A stretch of DNA of 63,011 nt, the filler included, from Octopus bimaculoides (taxonomy: Eukaryota): the NCBI RefSeq assembly GCF_001194135.2. It is 6 parts of 5 records of this genome, joined end to end, with 100 filler letters (N's around TTAATTAATTAA, not from the genome) between each part and the next. Parts side by side here need not be neighbours in the genome. Positions count along the whole stretch, not along the records: positions 34,968 to 55,143 come from NC_068982.1; 5 more parts are not named here. One strand, given 5' to 3'. Position 1 is the stretch's first letter. Each line of letters begins with the position of its first letter. Made by a program: the position numbers and the translations under genes. A model generated the notes under the pieces. It searched no databases. It was not told the DNA's origin and saw only the letters and a list, made by a program, of their open reading frames with translations. Positions 37,041 to 48,163 of the stretch are shown piece after piece.

Positions 37041-38715
37041 TGAGGTGAGGTAATCTACCTACTTATCTACTAATTTCTTTACTAAATCCTGTTGCGCAGA
37101 GGCAAAGGTACAGACACCTTTACGTACACCTTTACAAGTGCACACAAGCACACATACACACACACATACACTGACACACACATGCACACAAGCACACACA
37201 CATACACTGACGCACACATGCACACACACGCACACACACACACACACACATGCACACACGCACACATGATTATATAAATTGCTGAAATACATAAAGAAAA
37301 AACTTAGCACCACTTACCCCGATGTTTCTGAAATAAAATGCACGTGATTTCTCCAGGATTCGAACCTGGAATCTTTTGACCCATAATTCGTTGCTTCACA
37401 CGACATCGCATAGTCAATAATCAANNNNNNNNNNNNNNNNNNNNNNNNNNNNNNNNNNNNNNNNNNNNNNNNNNNNNNNNNNNNNNNNNNNNNNNNNNNN
37501 NNNNNNNNNNNNNNNNNNNNNNNNNNNNNNNNNNNNNNNNNNNNNNNNNNNNNNNNNNNNNNNNNNNNNNNNNNNNNNNNNNNNNNNNNNNNNNNNNNNN
37601 NNNNNNNNNNNNNNNNNNNNNNNNNNNNNNNNNNNNNNNNNNNNNNNNNNNNNNNNNNNNNNNNNNNNNNNNNNNNNNNNNNNNNNNNNNNNNNNNNNNN
37701 NNNNNNNNNNNNNNNNNNNNNNNNNNNNNNNNNNNNNNNNNNNNNNNNNNNNNNNNNNNNNNNNNNNNNNNNNNNNNNNNNNNNNNNNNNNNNNNNNNNN
37801 NNNNNNNNNNNNNNNNNNNNNNNNNNNNNNNNNNNNNNNNNNNNNNNNNNNNNNNNNNNNNNNNNNNNNNNNNNNNNNNNNNNNNNNNNNNNNNNNNNNN
37901 NNNNNNNNNNNNNNNNNNNNNNNNNNNNNNNNNNNNNNNNNNNNNNNNNNNNNNNNNNNNNNNNNNNNNNNNNNNNNNNNNNNNNNNNNNNNNNNNNNNN
38001 NNNNNNNNNNNNNNNNNNNNNNNNNNNNNNNNNNNNNNNNNNNNNNNNNNNNNNNNNNNNNNNNNNNNNNNNNNNNNNNNNNNNNNNNNNNNNNNNNNNN
38101 NNNNNNNNNNNNNNNNNNNNNNNNNNNNNNNNNNNNNNNNNNNNNNNNNNNNNNNNNNNNNNNNNNNNNNNNNNNNNNNNNNNNNNNNNNNNNNNNNNNN
38201 NNNNNNNNNNNNNNNNNNNNNNNNNNNNNNNNNNNNNNNNNNNNNNNNNNNNNNNNNNNNNNNNNNNNNNNNNNNNNNNNNNNNNNNNNNNNNNNNNNNN
38301 NNNNNNNNNNNNNNNNNNNNNNNNNNNNNNNNNNCAGTAAATTTTTTTTTCTATTTTGAAAAATTGAAATTTTACAATTTTTCTCAGGATCATAATCTCC
38401 GTATTTTTCTAAGTATTTAGCAAAAAAAAATTTCCGAATAAAATGAAGAAATGAAGAAATTGGGGGATGGAGGGGTGGTTTAAATTTTTTAAAGTTGCGA
38501 TTTTTTGAAATTTTTTTTTTTTGTTCTTTCTCAGAGTTGGAATCTCCATAGCCGAAAACATGGGATTCCGTGAAACAACAACATTTTTTAAGGATGGCGG
38601 GGGGGGGGGCATTTACGACTCGACCATGTGCGCCTAATCACGAATGTATGCTTTAATTTCTAAAATGCTTCGTCTAAAATATTCATTAGCACTATTTACA
38701 GAAATAAAATGAAAA

Positions 38716-38788
38716 CGAGATTGCCAACATTCGAACATGCAATCTTCTGATCCGTAATCAAACGCGTAATTCATTGAATTACAAGCCC
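38716..38788 (-). pseudogene. tRNA-Arg pseudogene (monomer B)
   Basis: TTGCCAACATTCGAACATGCAATCTTCTGATCCGTAATC. Confidence 0.8.
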
Positions 38789-38996
38789 TCACGCTCTTAA
38801 CCGTTACTGCTTGCGCGCTGATCTCTTTACTAACCTCTATTCACTGTCAAAGACACAGATATGCGCGCACGCTGACACACACGTAATTAACGTGACACAT
38901 ATAATTATGAATATATGCTTTAATTTTTAAAATGTATAGTGTAAAATGTTCATTAGCACGACCTTATCTCCAAATGTTACCGAAATAAAATGAATA

Positions 38997-39069
38997 CGAG
39001 CTTGCCAGGATTTGAACCTGGAATCTTCTGATCCGTAGTCAGACGCGTTATCCATTGCGCCACAAGCCA
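38997..39069 (-). tRNA. trnR-ACG: tRNA-Arg(ACG), near-intact (G1>U, G57>A)
   Basis: 71/73 identical to the 35265 copy. Confidence 0.8.
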
Positions 39070-39457
39070 GCGCTGGATAACGTTGGCTACATATGTTCTA
39101 ATTTCATTACTATCTCCTGTTGTTAACGTACAAAGACCCAAGCACGCTCGCATGGGCGCGCACACACACATGATGATTTAAATTTCTGAAATACATGAAC
39201 AAAACAAATATTTGCACCACTTTCCAAGATGTTTATCAAAGAAAACGCACCTGATTTAGCCAAAGTTCGAACCTGAAATCTTCTGTCTCGTAACCAGGCG
39301 CCTTCCTCAGGTAGTCCGTGACTGTGACTGTTAAAGATTATACGTATGCACGAATATGCACACGCACACGCACTAACGATTATATAATTTTCTAAAATGC
39401 ACCAATAAAAATATTATTAGCACCACTTTCCCCGATGTTCCTGAAGTAAAACGCGTC

Positions 39458-39530
39458 CGAATTTGCTAGAGTTCGACCCTGGAATCTTCTGACCGGTAAT
39501 TAGACGCGTTATTCATTGCGCCACAGGATC
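39458..39530 (-). pseudogene. tRNA-Arg pseudogene (monomer E)
   Basis: GGAATCTTCTGACCGGTAATTAGACGCGTTATTCATTGCGCCACAGG. Confidence 0.8.
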
Positions 39531-39731
39531 CCGCGTAGTCAGTAGTTGATGATTATGAAGGAATTTTTTCGCTTTCATTGACTGTCAAAGACAGGCACAC
39601 GCGCGTGCAGGCTTGCACGAATATGCGTGCATACGTATAATCATGAATACATGCTTTCATTTCTGAAATGCATCGTCTGAAATAATCATTAGTTCAACGT
39701 ACCCAAATGTTACAAGAAAACAAAATGAACG

Positions 39732-39800
39732 TGAGTTTGTCATGATTCGAACCCAGAATCTTATGACCCGTACGAAAACGTGTAATGCTTTGCGATATCA
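39732..39800 (-). pseudogene. tRNA-Arg pseudogene (monomer F)
   Basis: T arm retained, D arm decayed. Confidence 0.7.
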
Positions 39801-39950
39801 GCAGTTACTTGTCAACCAACACAGATGTGCACACGCGCTAATACACACTCACAAACATATACGTGCATACGTATAATCATTAGATGTATAAATTTCAGAT
39901 ATACATAATCTAAAATATTCACTAGCCCAACTTCCGAGATAAAACAATTA

Positions 39951-40023
39951 CGAGCTTGCCAGGATTCGAACCTGGAATCTTCTGATCCGTAGTCAGACGC
40001 GTTATCCATTGCGCCACAAGCCC
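39951..40023 (-). tRNA. trnR-ACG: tRNA-Arg(ACG), intact
   Basis: Identical to the 35265 copy. Confidence 0.96.
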
Positions 40024-40701
40024 TACAGTTGATAGCTGGTCCTACTTAACTTGTAATCTCTTTACTAACTCCTGTTGTGGACAAAGATACAGTCACTCCT
40101 GCGGGAACACACAAACTCGCGCGCGCACACATGATTGTATAAACTTCTGAAACACACCAATAAAAAATTTTATTAGCACTACTTTCTCATGATTCTGAAA
40201 TAAAATGCACCCATTTTGCCAGGGTTCGAATCTGGAATCTTCTGACCCATAATCCATTGCCCCGCACGACCTCGCATACTCAGTAGCTGATATTTTTACA
40301 GTAATTGCTTTACTAGTTTGCATTGACTGGCAAATATATGGGCGCGCACATAAACACACACGAATATACATGTATGTATATAATCATGAACTTATGTTTT
40401 TATTTCTAAAAGGCATTAGCAGTACTTTCCGAAATAAAATGAAAACGAGATTGCCAACATTCGAACATGCAATCAGACGCGTAATCCATTGCGTCACAAG
40501 TCCTCACGCTCTTAACTGCTAATGCTTGCGCACTGATCTCTTTACTAACCTGTATTCACTGTTAAAAACAGATATGCGCGCACGCTGGCGCACACACACA
40601 AAATTAAAGGGTATAGGTATAATCATGAATAGATATTTTAATTTCTAAACTATCTATCAGCACGAATTTCCCAACAAAATGTTTCTGAAATAAATTGAAC
40701 A

Positions 40702-40774
40702 CGAGCTTACCAGGATTCGAACCTGGAATCTTCTGATCCGTAGTCAGACGCGTTATCCATTGCGCCACAAGCCC
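40702..40774 (-). tRNA. trnR-ACG: tRNA-Arg(ACG), near-intact (C66>U, G-U wobble)
   Basis: 72/73 identical. Confidence 0.9.
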
Positions 40775-41208
40775 TCGGTAATTTAAGGATGCATATATAT
40801 CTTCTAATTTCTTTACTGATTAACTCTTGTTGTCGATATACAAAGACACAAACACGCTCGCTCTCGCGCCCGCGCACACGCACACATGACTTTATAAATT
40901 TCTGAAATACATCAACAAAACAATTATTAGCACCACTTTCCCAGACGTTTCTGGAACAAAACGCACTTGACTTCACCAGTATTCGAACGCCTGTGTGTCT
41001 GTATCATTGCATGTCAGCAACAAACTTAGTCTGTAAAGAAGTTAGAATAAACGGAGAGGTGGCCTTCGTACTGAGGGCTTGAGGCACAATGGGTTGCGTG
41101 GAATCCTGCCAAGTTCGTATTTATTTTATTACGGATATCTGTGTTTTTGACAGTGAATAGAAGTTTGTAAAGAGATCAGTGGGCAAGCATTAACAGTTAA
41201 GAGTGTGA

Positions 41209-41281
41209 CAACTTGCGATGCAATGGATTACGCATCTAATTGCGGGTCAGAAGATTGCATGTTCGAATGTTGGCAATCTTC
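41209..41281 (+). pseudogene. tRNA-Arg pseudogene (monomer B) in inverted segment
   Basis: GCAATGGATTACGCATCTAATTGCGGGTCAGAAGATTGCATGTTCGAATGTTGGCAA on the plus strand. Confidence 0.8.
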
Positions 41282-41335
41282 TTTTCATTTTATTCCGGGA
41301 TTCGAACATGGAATCTTCTGACTCGTAAAAGATTA

Positions 41336-41408
41336 TGAACTTACCAGGATGCGAACCTGGAATCTTCTGATCCATAGTTAGACGCGTTATACATAGCACC
41401 ACAAACCC
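41336..41408 (-). pseudogene. tRNA-Arg pseudogene (monomer I), anticodon ACG>ATG
   Basis: Colinear; several transitions. Confidence 0.8.
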
Positions 41409-41617
41409 TCAATACGAATATTTTTACTCCGTATATTTTCACTTCTTTACCGATTGTCGTTGACATACAAAGATACAGACACCCAGGCGTGCGCGCACAC
41501 ACGCGCTCGCGCACACAGACTCGCAGACACACACTAATGATCATGAAATTTTTAAAATAAACCAACAAAAATATTATTAGCACCACTTTCCCCGCTGTTC
41601 CTGAAGTAAAATGCGTC

Positions 41618-41690
41618 CGATTTTGCCAGAGTTCGCCCTTGGAATCTTCCGATCCGTAATTAGACGCGTTATCCATTACTCCACAGGGTT
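41618..41690 (-). pseudogene. tRNA-Arg pseudogene (monomer E)
   Basis: Homologous to 39458. Confidence 0.8.
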
Positions 41691-41891
41691 CCGCATAGTC
41701 AGTAGTTGATGATTATGAAGGAATTCTTTTACTTTCATTGCCTGCCAGAGAAAGGCAAACATGCGCGTGAAGGTTCGCACGAATATATGTACATATGTAT
41801 AATCTTGAATACAGGCTATCATTTCTGAAATGCATCGTCTAAAATAATCATTAGTACTACGTACTCAAATGTTTTTAAAATAGAATGAATA

Positions 41892-41955
41892 TGAACATGT
41901 CAGGATTCGAACCCGGAATCTTGTGACCTGTACGTAAACCTGTAATGCATTGCTG
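41892..41955 (-). pseudogene. tRNA-Arg pseudogene (monomer F)
   Basis: CAGGATTCGAACCCGG retained. Confidence 0.7.
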
Positions 41956-41986
41956 TACTTACTATTACTTACACTCTCATCTTTCT

Positions 41987-42220
41987 TATTTCTTTATTGC
42001 CCACAAGAGGCTAAACATAGAGGGGACAAACAAGGACAGACAAAGGGGTTAAGTCGATAACATCGAACCCAGTGCGTAACTGGTACTTGATTTATCAACC
42101 CCAAAAGGATGAAAGGCAAAGCCGACATCGACGGAATTTGAACTCAGAACGTAACGGCATACAAAATACCACTAAGGATATCTCCTGGATTCCTAACGCT
42201 TATGCCAGCTCGTCGCCTAC
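41987..42220 (-). mobile_element. SINE family A, full length, inserted in the tRNA array
   Basis: 21-bp TSD TACTTACAC(T/A)CTCATCTTTCT at 41966-41986 and 42221-42241. Confidence 0.9.
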
Positions 42221-42399
42221 TACTTACACACTCATCTTTCTACTAACTTTTATTGACTGTCAACAACACAGATATGCACAAGTGCTGATACACACTCACA
42301 AACATATACGTGCAGACGTATAATCTTCAGATGCATAAATTTCAGATACACATCAATAAAACATTCACTACCCCAACTTCTCGAGATATAAAACGATTA

Positions 42400-42472
42400 C
42401 GAGCTTGCCAGGATTCGAACCTGGAATCTTCTGATCCGTAGTCAGACGCGTTATCCATTGCGCCACAAGCCC
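42400..42472 (-). tRNA. trnR-ACG: tRNA-Arg(ACG), intact
   Basis: Identical to the 35265 copy. Confidence 0.96.
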
Positions 42473-43086
42473 TCTTGCGGCTGTACGTCTATACTTATTT
42501 CCTAATTCCTTTACTGACTAACGCCTGGTGTGGACAAACTTACAGATATACTTGCGGGCACGTACAGAGACGGACCTATGCACGCACGCGTACACACACA
42601 TATACACACGTGATTATATGACCTTTAGAAATTCACCAACAAAATTATTATTAGCACCACTTTACCCCATATTTCTGAAAGGAAATTCACCCGACTTTGC
42701 CAGCGTTCGGACCTGGAATCTTCTGATCCACAATCCATTTCCCCACACGGTCTCGTATAGTTAGTAGCTGATGTTTATACAGTCATTGATTAATTTATTA
42801 CCCACAAGGGACTAAACATAGATGGGACAATACACGCATGCGGGGACAATCAACACATGAAAGAATGGAACAGTGAGTAATTGCTTTACTAACTTTCATT
42901 GACTTACGCATTAATCTTTCTGCTAACTTCTATTTTCTGTCAACAACACAGATATGCACAAGTGCTTGATACACACTCACAAACATATACGTGCAGACGT
43001 ATAATCACCAGATGTATAAATTTCAGATACACGTCATAAAAATATTCACTACCCCAACTTCCCATGTTTTCGAGATAAAACTGTTA

Positions 43087-43150
43087 CGAGCTCGCCATGA
43101 TTCGAAACTGGAATTTTCTGATCCGTAGTCATCCATTGCGCCAAAAGTCC
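43087..43150 (-). pseudogene. tRNA-Arg pseudogene (monomer G, 9-nt deletion)
   Basis: CGAGCTCGCCATGATTCGAAACTGG...GTAGTC-ATCCATTGCGCC. Confidence 0.8.
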
Positions 43151-43244
43151 TATGGTAAGAACCACTCCATGAATTTATGTTTAAATTTCTAAAAGGCATC
43201 GTCTATATTATTCTTTAGCACTAATTTCCGAAATAAAATGGATA

Positions 43245-43317
43245 CGTGGTTGCCAACATTCGAACTTGCAATGTTTTGACCTGCAATCAGACGGGTAATC
43301 CATTGCGTCACAGGCCC
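43245..43317 (-). pseudogene. tRNA-Arg pseudogene (monomer B)
   Basis: Homologous to 38716. Confidence 0.75.
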
Positions 43318-43545
43318 CCACGCTCTTAACCGTTACTGCTTGCGCACTGATCTCTTTACTAACTTCTGTTCACTGTCAAAGACACAGATACGCGCGTGCG
43401 CTGACACACACACACAAACACACACACACACACAATTAATGTGCATATATATAATCATGAATATATGCTTTAATTTTTAAAATGTATATAAAAAAAAGTT
43501 CATTAGCACGAATTCCCCCCAAATGTTACCGAAATAAAATGAATA

Positions 43546-43618
43546 TGAGCTTGCCAGGATTCGAACCTGGAATCTTCTGATCCGTAGTCAGACGCGTTAT
43601 CCATTGCGCCACAAGCCC
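43546..43618 (-). tRNA. trnR-ACG: tRNA-Arg(ACG), discriminator G73>A
   Basis: 72/73 identical. Confidence 0.92.
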
Positions 43619-43871
43619 TCACGTAGACTAACGGTGTTGTTTACCTACTAATTTCTTAAGTGACAAATTAGATAAACGCCATTTGGCTACATATGTTCTA
43701 ATTTCTTTACTTATTAACTCCTGTTTGTGATATACAAAGACACAAACACAATCGCGCGGGTGCCCTCGTACCCACGCACTCACACACACATGATTTTATA
43801 AATTTCCGAAATACATCAACAAAACAATTATTAGCCGCGCCTTCCCAGTCGTTTCTGGAATAGAACGCTCT

Positions 43872-43944
43872 TGACTTTGCCGGGATTCGAACCTGCAATC
43901 TTCTGATTCGTAATCAGGAACGTTATCCATTGCCCCACAGTACC
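43872..43944 (-). pseudogene. tRNA-Arg pseudogene (monomer D)
   Basis: ACG retained; acceptor and T stems mispaired. Confidence 0.8.
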
Positions 43945-44079
43945 TCGCGTAGTCAGTAGCTGTGACTGTCAAAGATTAAACGTATGCACGAAAATATGTT
44001 GTAATTTCTGAAATGTATCATCTAAAATATGTATTAGCACTACTTTCCCCAAATATTTCCGTAATAAAATAAGTAAATA

Positions 44080-44152
44080 CGAGCTTGCCAAGATTCGAAC
44101 GTAGAATTCTCTAATCCACAGTCAGGCGCGTTATCAATTGCGCCCTCAGTAC
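44080..44152 (-). pseudogene. tRNA-Arg pseudogene (monomer I)
   Basis: CGAGCTTGCCAAGATTCGAAC...GCGTTATCAATTGCGCC. Confidence 0.78.
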
Positions 44153-44369
44153 TCCGTATATTCTCACTTCTTTACAGACTAACTTTTGTTGTTGACATAC
44201 AAAGGTACTGACACCCCGACGTACGCGCATGCGCACGATCACCCACACATTCAGGTGCTCACACACACATACATGCAGACACACACTGATGATCATATAA
44301 TTTTTAAAATAAACCAACAAAAATATTATTAGCACCACTTTCTCCGGTGTTGCTGAAGTAAAATGCATC

Positions 44370-44443
44370 CGATTTTGCTAGAGTTCGCCCTTGGAAACTT
44401 CTGATGCCTAATTAGACGCGTTATGCATTGCGCCCCAGGGTCC
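44370..44443 (-). pseudogene. tRNA-Arg pseudogene (monomer E)
   Basis: Homologous to 41618. Confidence 0.75.
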
Positions 44444-44643
44444 CGCGTAGTCAGTAGTTGATGTTTATTAAGGAATTCTTTTATTTTCATTGATTGCCAG
44501 AGACAGACAAATATGCGCGTAAAAGCATGCTCGTATATACGTGCACACGTACAATCATGAATACATGCTTTCGTTTCTGAAATGCATCGTCTAAAATAAT
44601 TGTTTGCACAATGTACCCAAATGTTTCAAAATTAAAATGAATG

Positions 44644-44715
44644 TGAACTTGTCAGGATTCGAACCCGGAATCATCTGACCCGTAGGGAAACGTGTATACC
44701 ATTGTGCTATCGCAC
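44644..44715 (-). pseudogene. tRNA-Arg pseudogene (monomer F)
   Basis: CAGGATTCGAACCCGG retained. Confidence 0.7.
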
Positions 44716-44842
44716 TTATCTTTCTGCTAACTCTCATTTACTGACAACACAGATATGTACACGCGCTGATATACACCTTATCATCTGATATACGTCGAAT
44801 AAAGAATCTACTACCCCAACTTCATAAGATATAAAACGATTA

Positions 44843-44915
44843 CGAGCTTGCCAGGATTCGAACCTGGACTCTTCTGATCCGTAGTCAGACGCGTTATCCA
44901 TTGCGCCACAAGCCC
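44843..44915 (-). tRNA. trnR-ACG: tRNA-Arg(ACG), variable-loop U47>G
   Basis: 72/73 identical. Confidence 0.92.
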
Positions 44916-45134
44916 TCATGGTGATATGCGTCTATACTTATCTCCTAATTCCTTTACTGATTAATGCCTGGTGTGGACAAACTTACAGATATACTTGCGG
45001 GTACACACAGAGACGGGCCGCGCACACACACACATTCACACGATTATATGAATTTCAGAAAGTCACCAATAAAATTATTATTAGCACCACTTTCCCCCAT
45101 GTTTCTGAAATAAAATTCACCCGATTATGCCAGC

Positions 45135-45322
45135 TGGAACACCGCAACTAGTGGAACAAATCGACCCCAGGACTTATTCTTTGTAAGCCCAGTACTTAGT
45201 CTATTGATATCTTTTCCCGAATCGCTAAGTTACGGAAACGTAAGCACACCAACATCGGTTGTCAAGCGATGGGGTGAGGGACAAAGACAGATGCACACAC
45301 ACACAAATACACACACACACAA

Positions 45323-45410
<88 letters not shown>

Positions 45411-45790
45411 AAACACATAAATATATGAAAGTAAACAAATTTGCTTTCGAAGTGTTGAGATGTCTAGAAAGTTAAGGAAGTAATTTTTATTCTCAAACGC
45501 AGGATAATGCTAATAATATAAGCATGCACTACCCATAGTTTGCAGAATATGGGTAATTTATCCTGTTCATACTATATTATTAGCATTATCCTGCGTTTGA
45601 GAATAAATATTATTTACATATATATACGACGGGCTTCTTTCAGTTTCCATCTACCAAATCCACTCACAAGGCTTTGGTCGGCCCGAGGCTATAACAGAAG
45701 ACACTTGCCCAAGGTGTCATTCAATGAGACTGAACCCGGATCCATGTGGTTGGTAAGCAAGCTACTTACCACACAGTCATTCCTCCGCCT
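45135..45790 (-). mobile_element. SINE family B pieces (3' half 45135-45300, 5' half 45625-45790)
   Basis: Matches family B; interrupts the tRNA higher-order repeat. Confidence 0.75.
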
Positions 45791-45876
45791 ATTGGTGATT
45801 ATATAATTTTCTAAAATACCCAAACAAAAATATTATTAGCACCACTTTCCCCGATGTTCCTGAAATAAAATGCGCC

Positions 45877-45946
45877 CGATTTTGCTAGAGTTCGAGCCTG
45901 GAATCTGATCTACAATTAGACGCGTTATTCATTGCCCCACAGGGTC
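45877..45946 (-). pseudogene. tRNA-Arg pseudogene (monomer E)
   Basis: TTAGACGCGTTATTCATTGCCCCACAGGG. Confidence 0.72.
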
Positions 45947-46122
45947 TGGCATAGTCAATAGTTGATTCTTTATGAAGGAATTCTTTTATTTACATTACCT
46001 GTCAGAGACAGGCTCACACGAATATACGTACAATCATGAATATATGCTGTCATTTCTAAAATGCATCATCTAAAACAATCATTAGTACTACTTACCCAAA
46101 TGTTTCAGAAATAAAGTGAATG

Positions 46123-46195
46123 TGAGTTTGCCAGGATTCGAACTCAGATACTCCTGTCTCGTAGGCAAACGTACAATCCATTGCGCTATTAGCAG
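46123..46195 (-). pseudogene. tRNA-Arg pseudogene (monomer F)
   Basis: TTTGCCAGGATTCGAACTCAG. Confidence 0.7.
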
Positions 46196-46360
46196 TTACT
46201 ACTTACAGATTATAACTTATGTATTTACTGTCGACAACACAGATATGCACACACGCTGAAACACTCATACACAATCATAAACAGATGCATAAATTTCAGA
46301 AATACATCATCTAAAATAGTCATTATTCCCAGTTCCAATGTTAGCGAAATAAAAGTAATA

Positions 46361-46433
46361 CGAGCTTGCCAGGATTCGAACCTGGAATCTTCTGATCCGT
46401 AGTCAGACGCGTTATCCATTGCGCCACAAGCCA
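46361..46433 (-). tRNA. trnR-ACG: tRNA-Arg(ACG), near-intact (G1>U)
   Basis: 72/73 identical. Confidence 0.85.
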
Positions 46434-48118
46434 TCGCACTGACTAAAGGTGTTGTTTACCTACTAATTTCTTAAGTGACAAACATCCTGTCTCACACACA
46501 CACACACACAGACATGATACACACAGAGACACACACGCACGCGCACGCGCACGCGCACACGTACAGACACACACACATACACACAAACCAGAATGCATGT
46601 ATTTTATATACGTATAAATTATCATCATTGTTTTATGCTATATACGCTTTTAGGTCTACGCTTGTATGTATAACTCGCGCCTTTTTTTCAACGTACGTTT
46701 AAACTAAATTTGCGATTTTGTGACAAGAGATTTCCCCTCTCATACTTTACTCTCGCCTTCTTTCCTTTGTTTCCTGGCCCCCTCACACACAGATAAACTC
46801 ATTCCTTCCCTCATTCTCTCTCTCTCTCCCTTACCTCTCTAATTCATTCTTCTTTTCTTTCGTTGTCTCTTTTTGCAAAAAAGCTATTACCACACGCCTA
46901 CTTCATACACAAATTACAATGGCTCTGTTTTGTTTGCCCTACCTGCAATGCTCTCCAGTATAATTAAGCATAGAGTGTGTGTATGTGTGTGTGTGTGTGT
47001 ATGTGTGTGTGTGTGTGTGTGCGAGCGTGCGTGCGTGCGTACGTGCGTGCGTAGATACTTATGTGCTTATGTATGTGTGTGGTTTATGCGCATGCGTGTG
47101 CTTCGTTCGTAGGTATGCATGCGTGCATGTACGTGTCTGTGCGAGTGTATGAGTGACGGTGTACGTGTATGCATATACATGTATATGTGTGTCTGTGTTT
47201 ATGTTTGTGTTAATACGCAAGCGTGCGTACACGTGTGCGTACATCCGTGTGTGTACGCAGGGGCGTTAGACTAGCTACCGTCTTAAAAATACGAACATGT
47301 AAGGCAATAGCCTTCTATTAGTATGTACAGAGTTAATACGCTAACACTACACTGAACAACTTAACTTTCTAGATTCATCTAAACCTTTTCTTACTGCATA
47401 CCAACAAAACTTCTTTTAGCAGAGTCGTTAGAACGTACGAATAAAATCTTTGAAGTGTTCCTTTTAGTTCTTTACATTCTGCGTTCAAATCTCATGAAAG
47501 TCAACTTTTGTTTTCATCCCTCTGCGATCGATAAAATATAGTACCAGTGAAATACTGAGTCGTTGACACGTCTAATCATGTCTTCTCAAAAGTGCTGGCC
47601 TTGTACGTTAATCAGAAATCATTATTATTAGTACAGTCGCTTTTCGGGTCTTAACGTTACGAGTTCAAATCCAGACGACGTTAGCTTTGCCTTACCACTG
47701 AAGTAGAAATTTCCCCCAAATCCCTCACAAAAACGCATATACATTCGAAACATGTAGATTAATGTGTGCATACGGACACGCGCACGCACACACTCACACA
47801 TTTCTGAATTAAATTTCACTTAATCCTTTCGGGGTTAATAAAATGAATACCAGTTGAGCGCTGGAGTCGATGTAATCAGCTTCCCACCTTTGCCTGAAAT
47901 TGCTGGCCTACTGCAAGAATTTGAAACTATTATATATATTACTACAGCTTACATATCATGGATTTGAAGGAACGGCACAATTGATTAATAACATTACACG
48001 GACTTAAACGGCTGCAAAAACTGTCTGCCTAGCACAAAAACAGACGACATTTCTTTTCTCGGCACCACCTTATTTTTTAGGCTTAAATCATCGTTCCTAT
48101 CTCTAGCCTTACGTGATA

Positions 48119-48163
48119 CACACAGACCCGGGTTTCTGGGTAGTAACTCATCATCAGTGTGTG
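48119..48163 (-). ncRNA. Minimal type-I hammerhead ribozyme, intact core
   Basis: Minus: CACACA-CUGAUGA-UGAGU-UACU-ACCCA-GAAA-CCCGGGU-C-UGUGUG; 6-bp stem I, palindromic stem III ACCCGGGU, GUC site between 48125 and 48124. Confidence 0.85.

Larger units (their letters stand above)
35265..46433 (-). repeat. tRNA-Arg(ACG) gene/pseudogene array with higher-order repeat
   Basis: About 33 tRNA-derived units in ~250-bp monomers sharing flank TTAGCACCACTTTCCCC.ATGTTTCTGAAATAAAATG; additional stubs at 36572(+), 37345, 39252, 40211, 40446, 40968/41295, 41075(+), 42692, 45122. Confidence 0.9.

Noticed and set aside
41336-41408. tRNA with ATG anticodon (His-like)
   Set aside because: ACG>ATG CpG transition in a copy with several other lesions; a pseudogene.
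38716-46433. Regularly spaced GGATTCGAACC repeats as a CRISPR-like array
   Set aside because: These are tRNA T-arms; the spacers are homologous ~200-bp flanks.
35207-46434. Recurrent ORFs containing MDNASDYGSEDSRFESWQAR
   Set aside because: Conceptual translation of the tRNA-Arg sequence itself, not a repeated protein domain.
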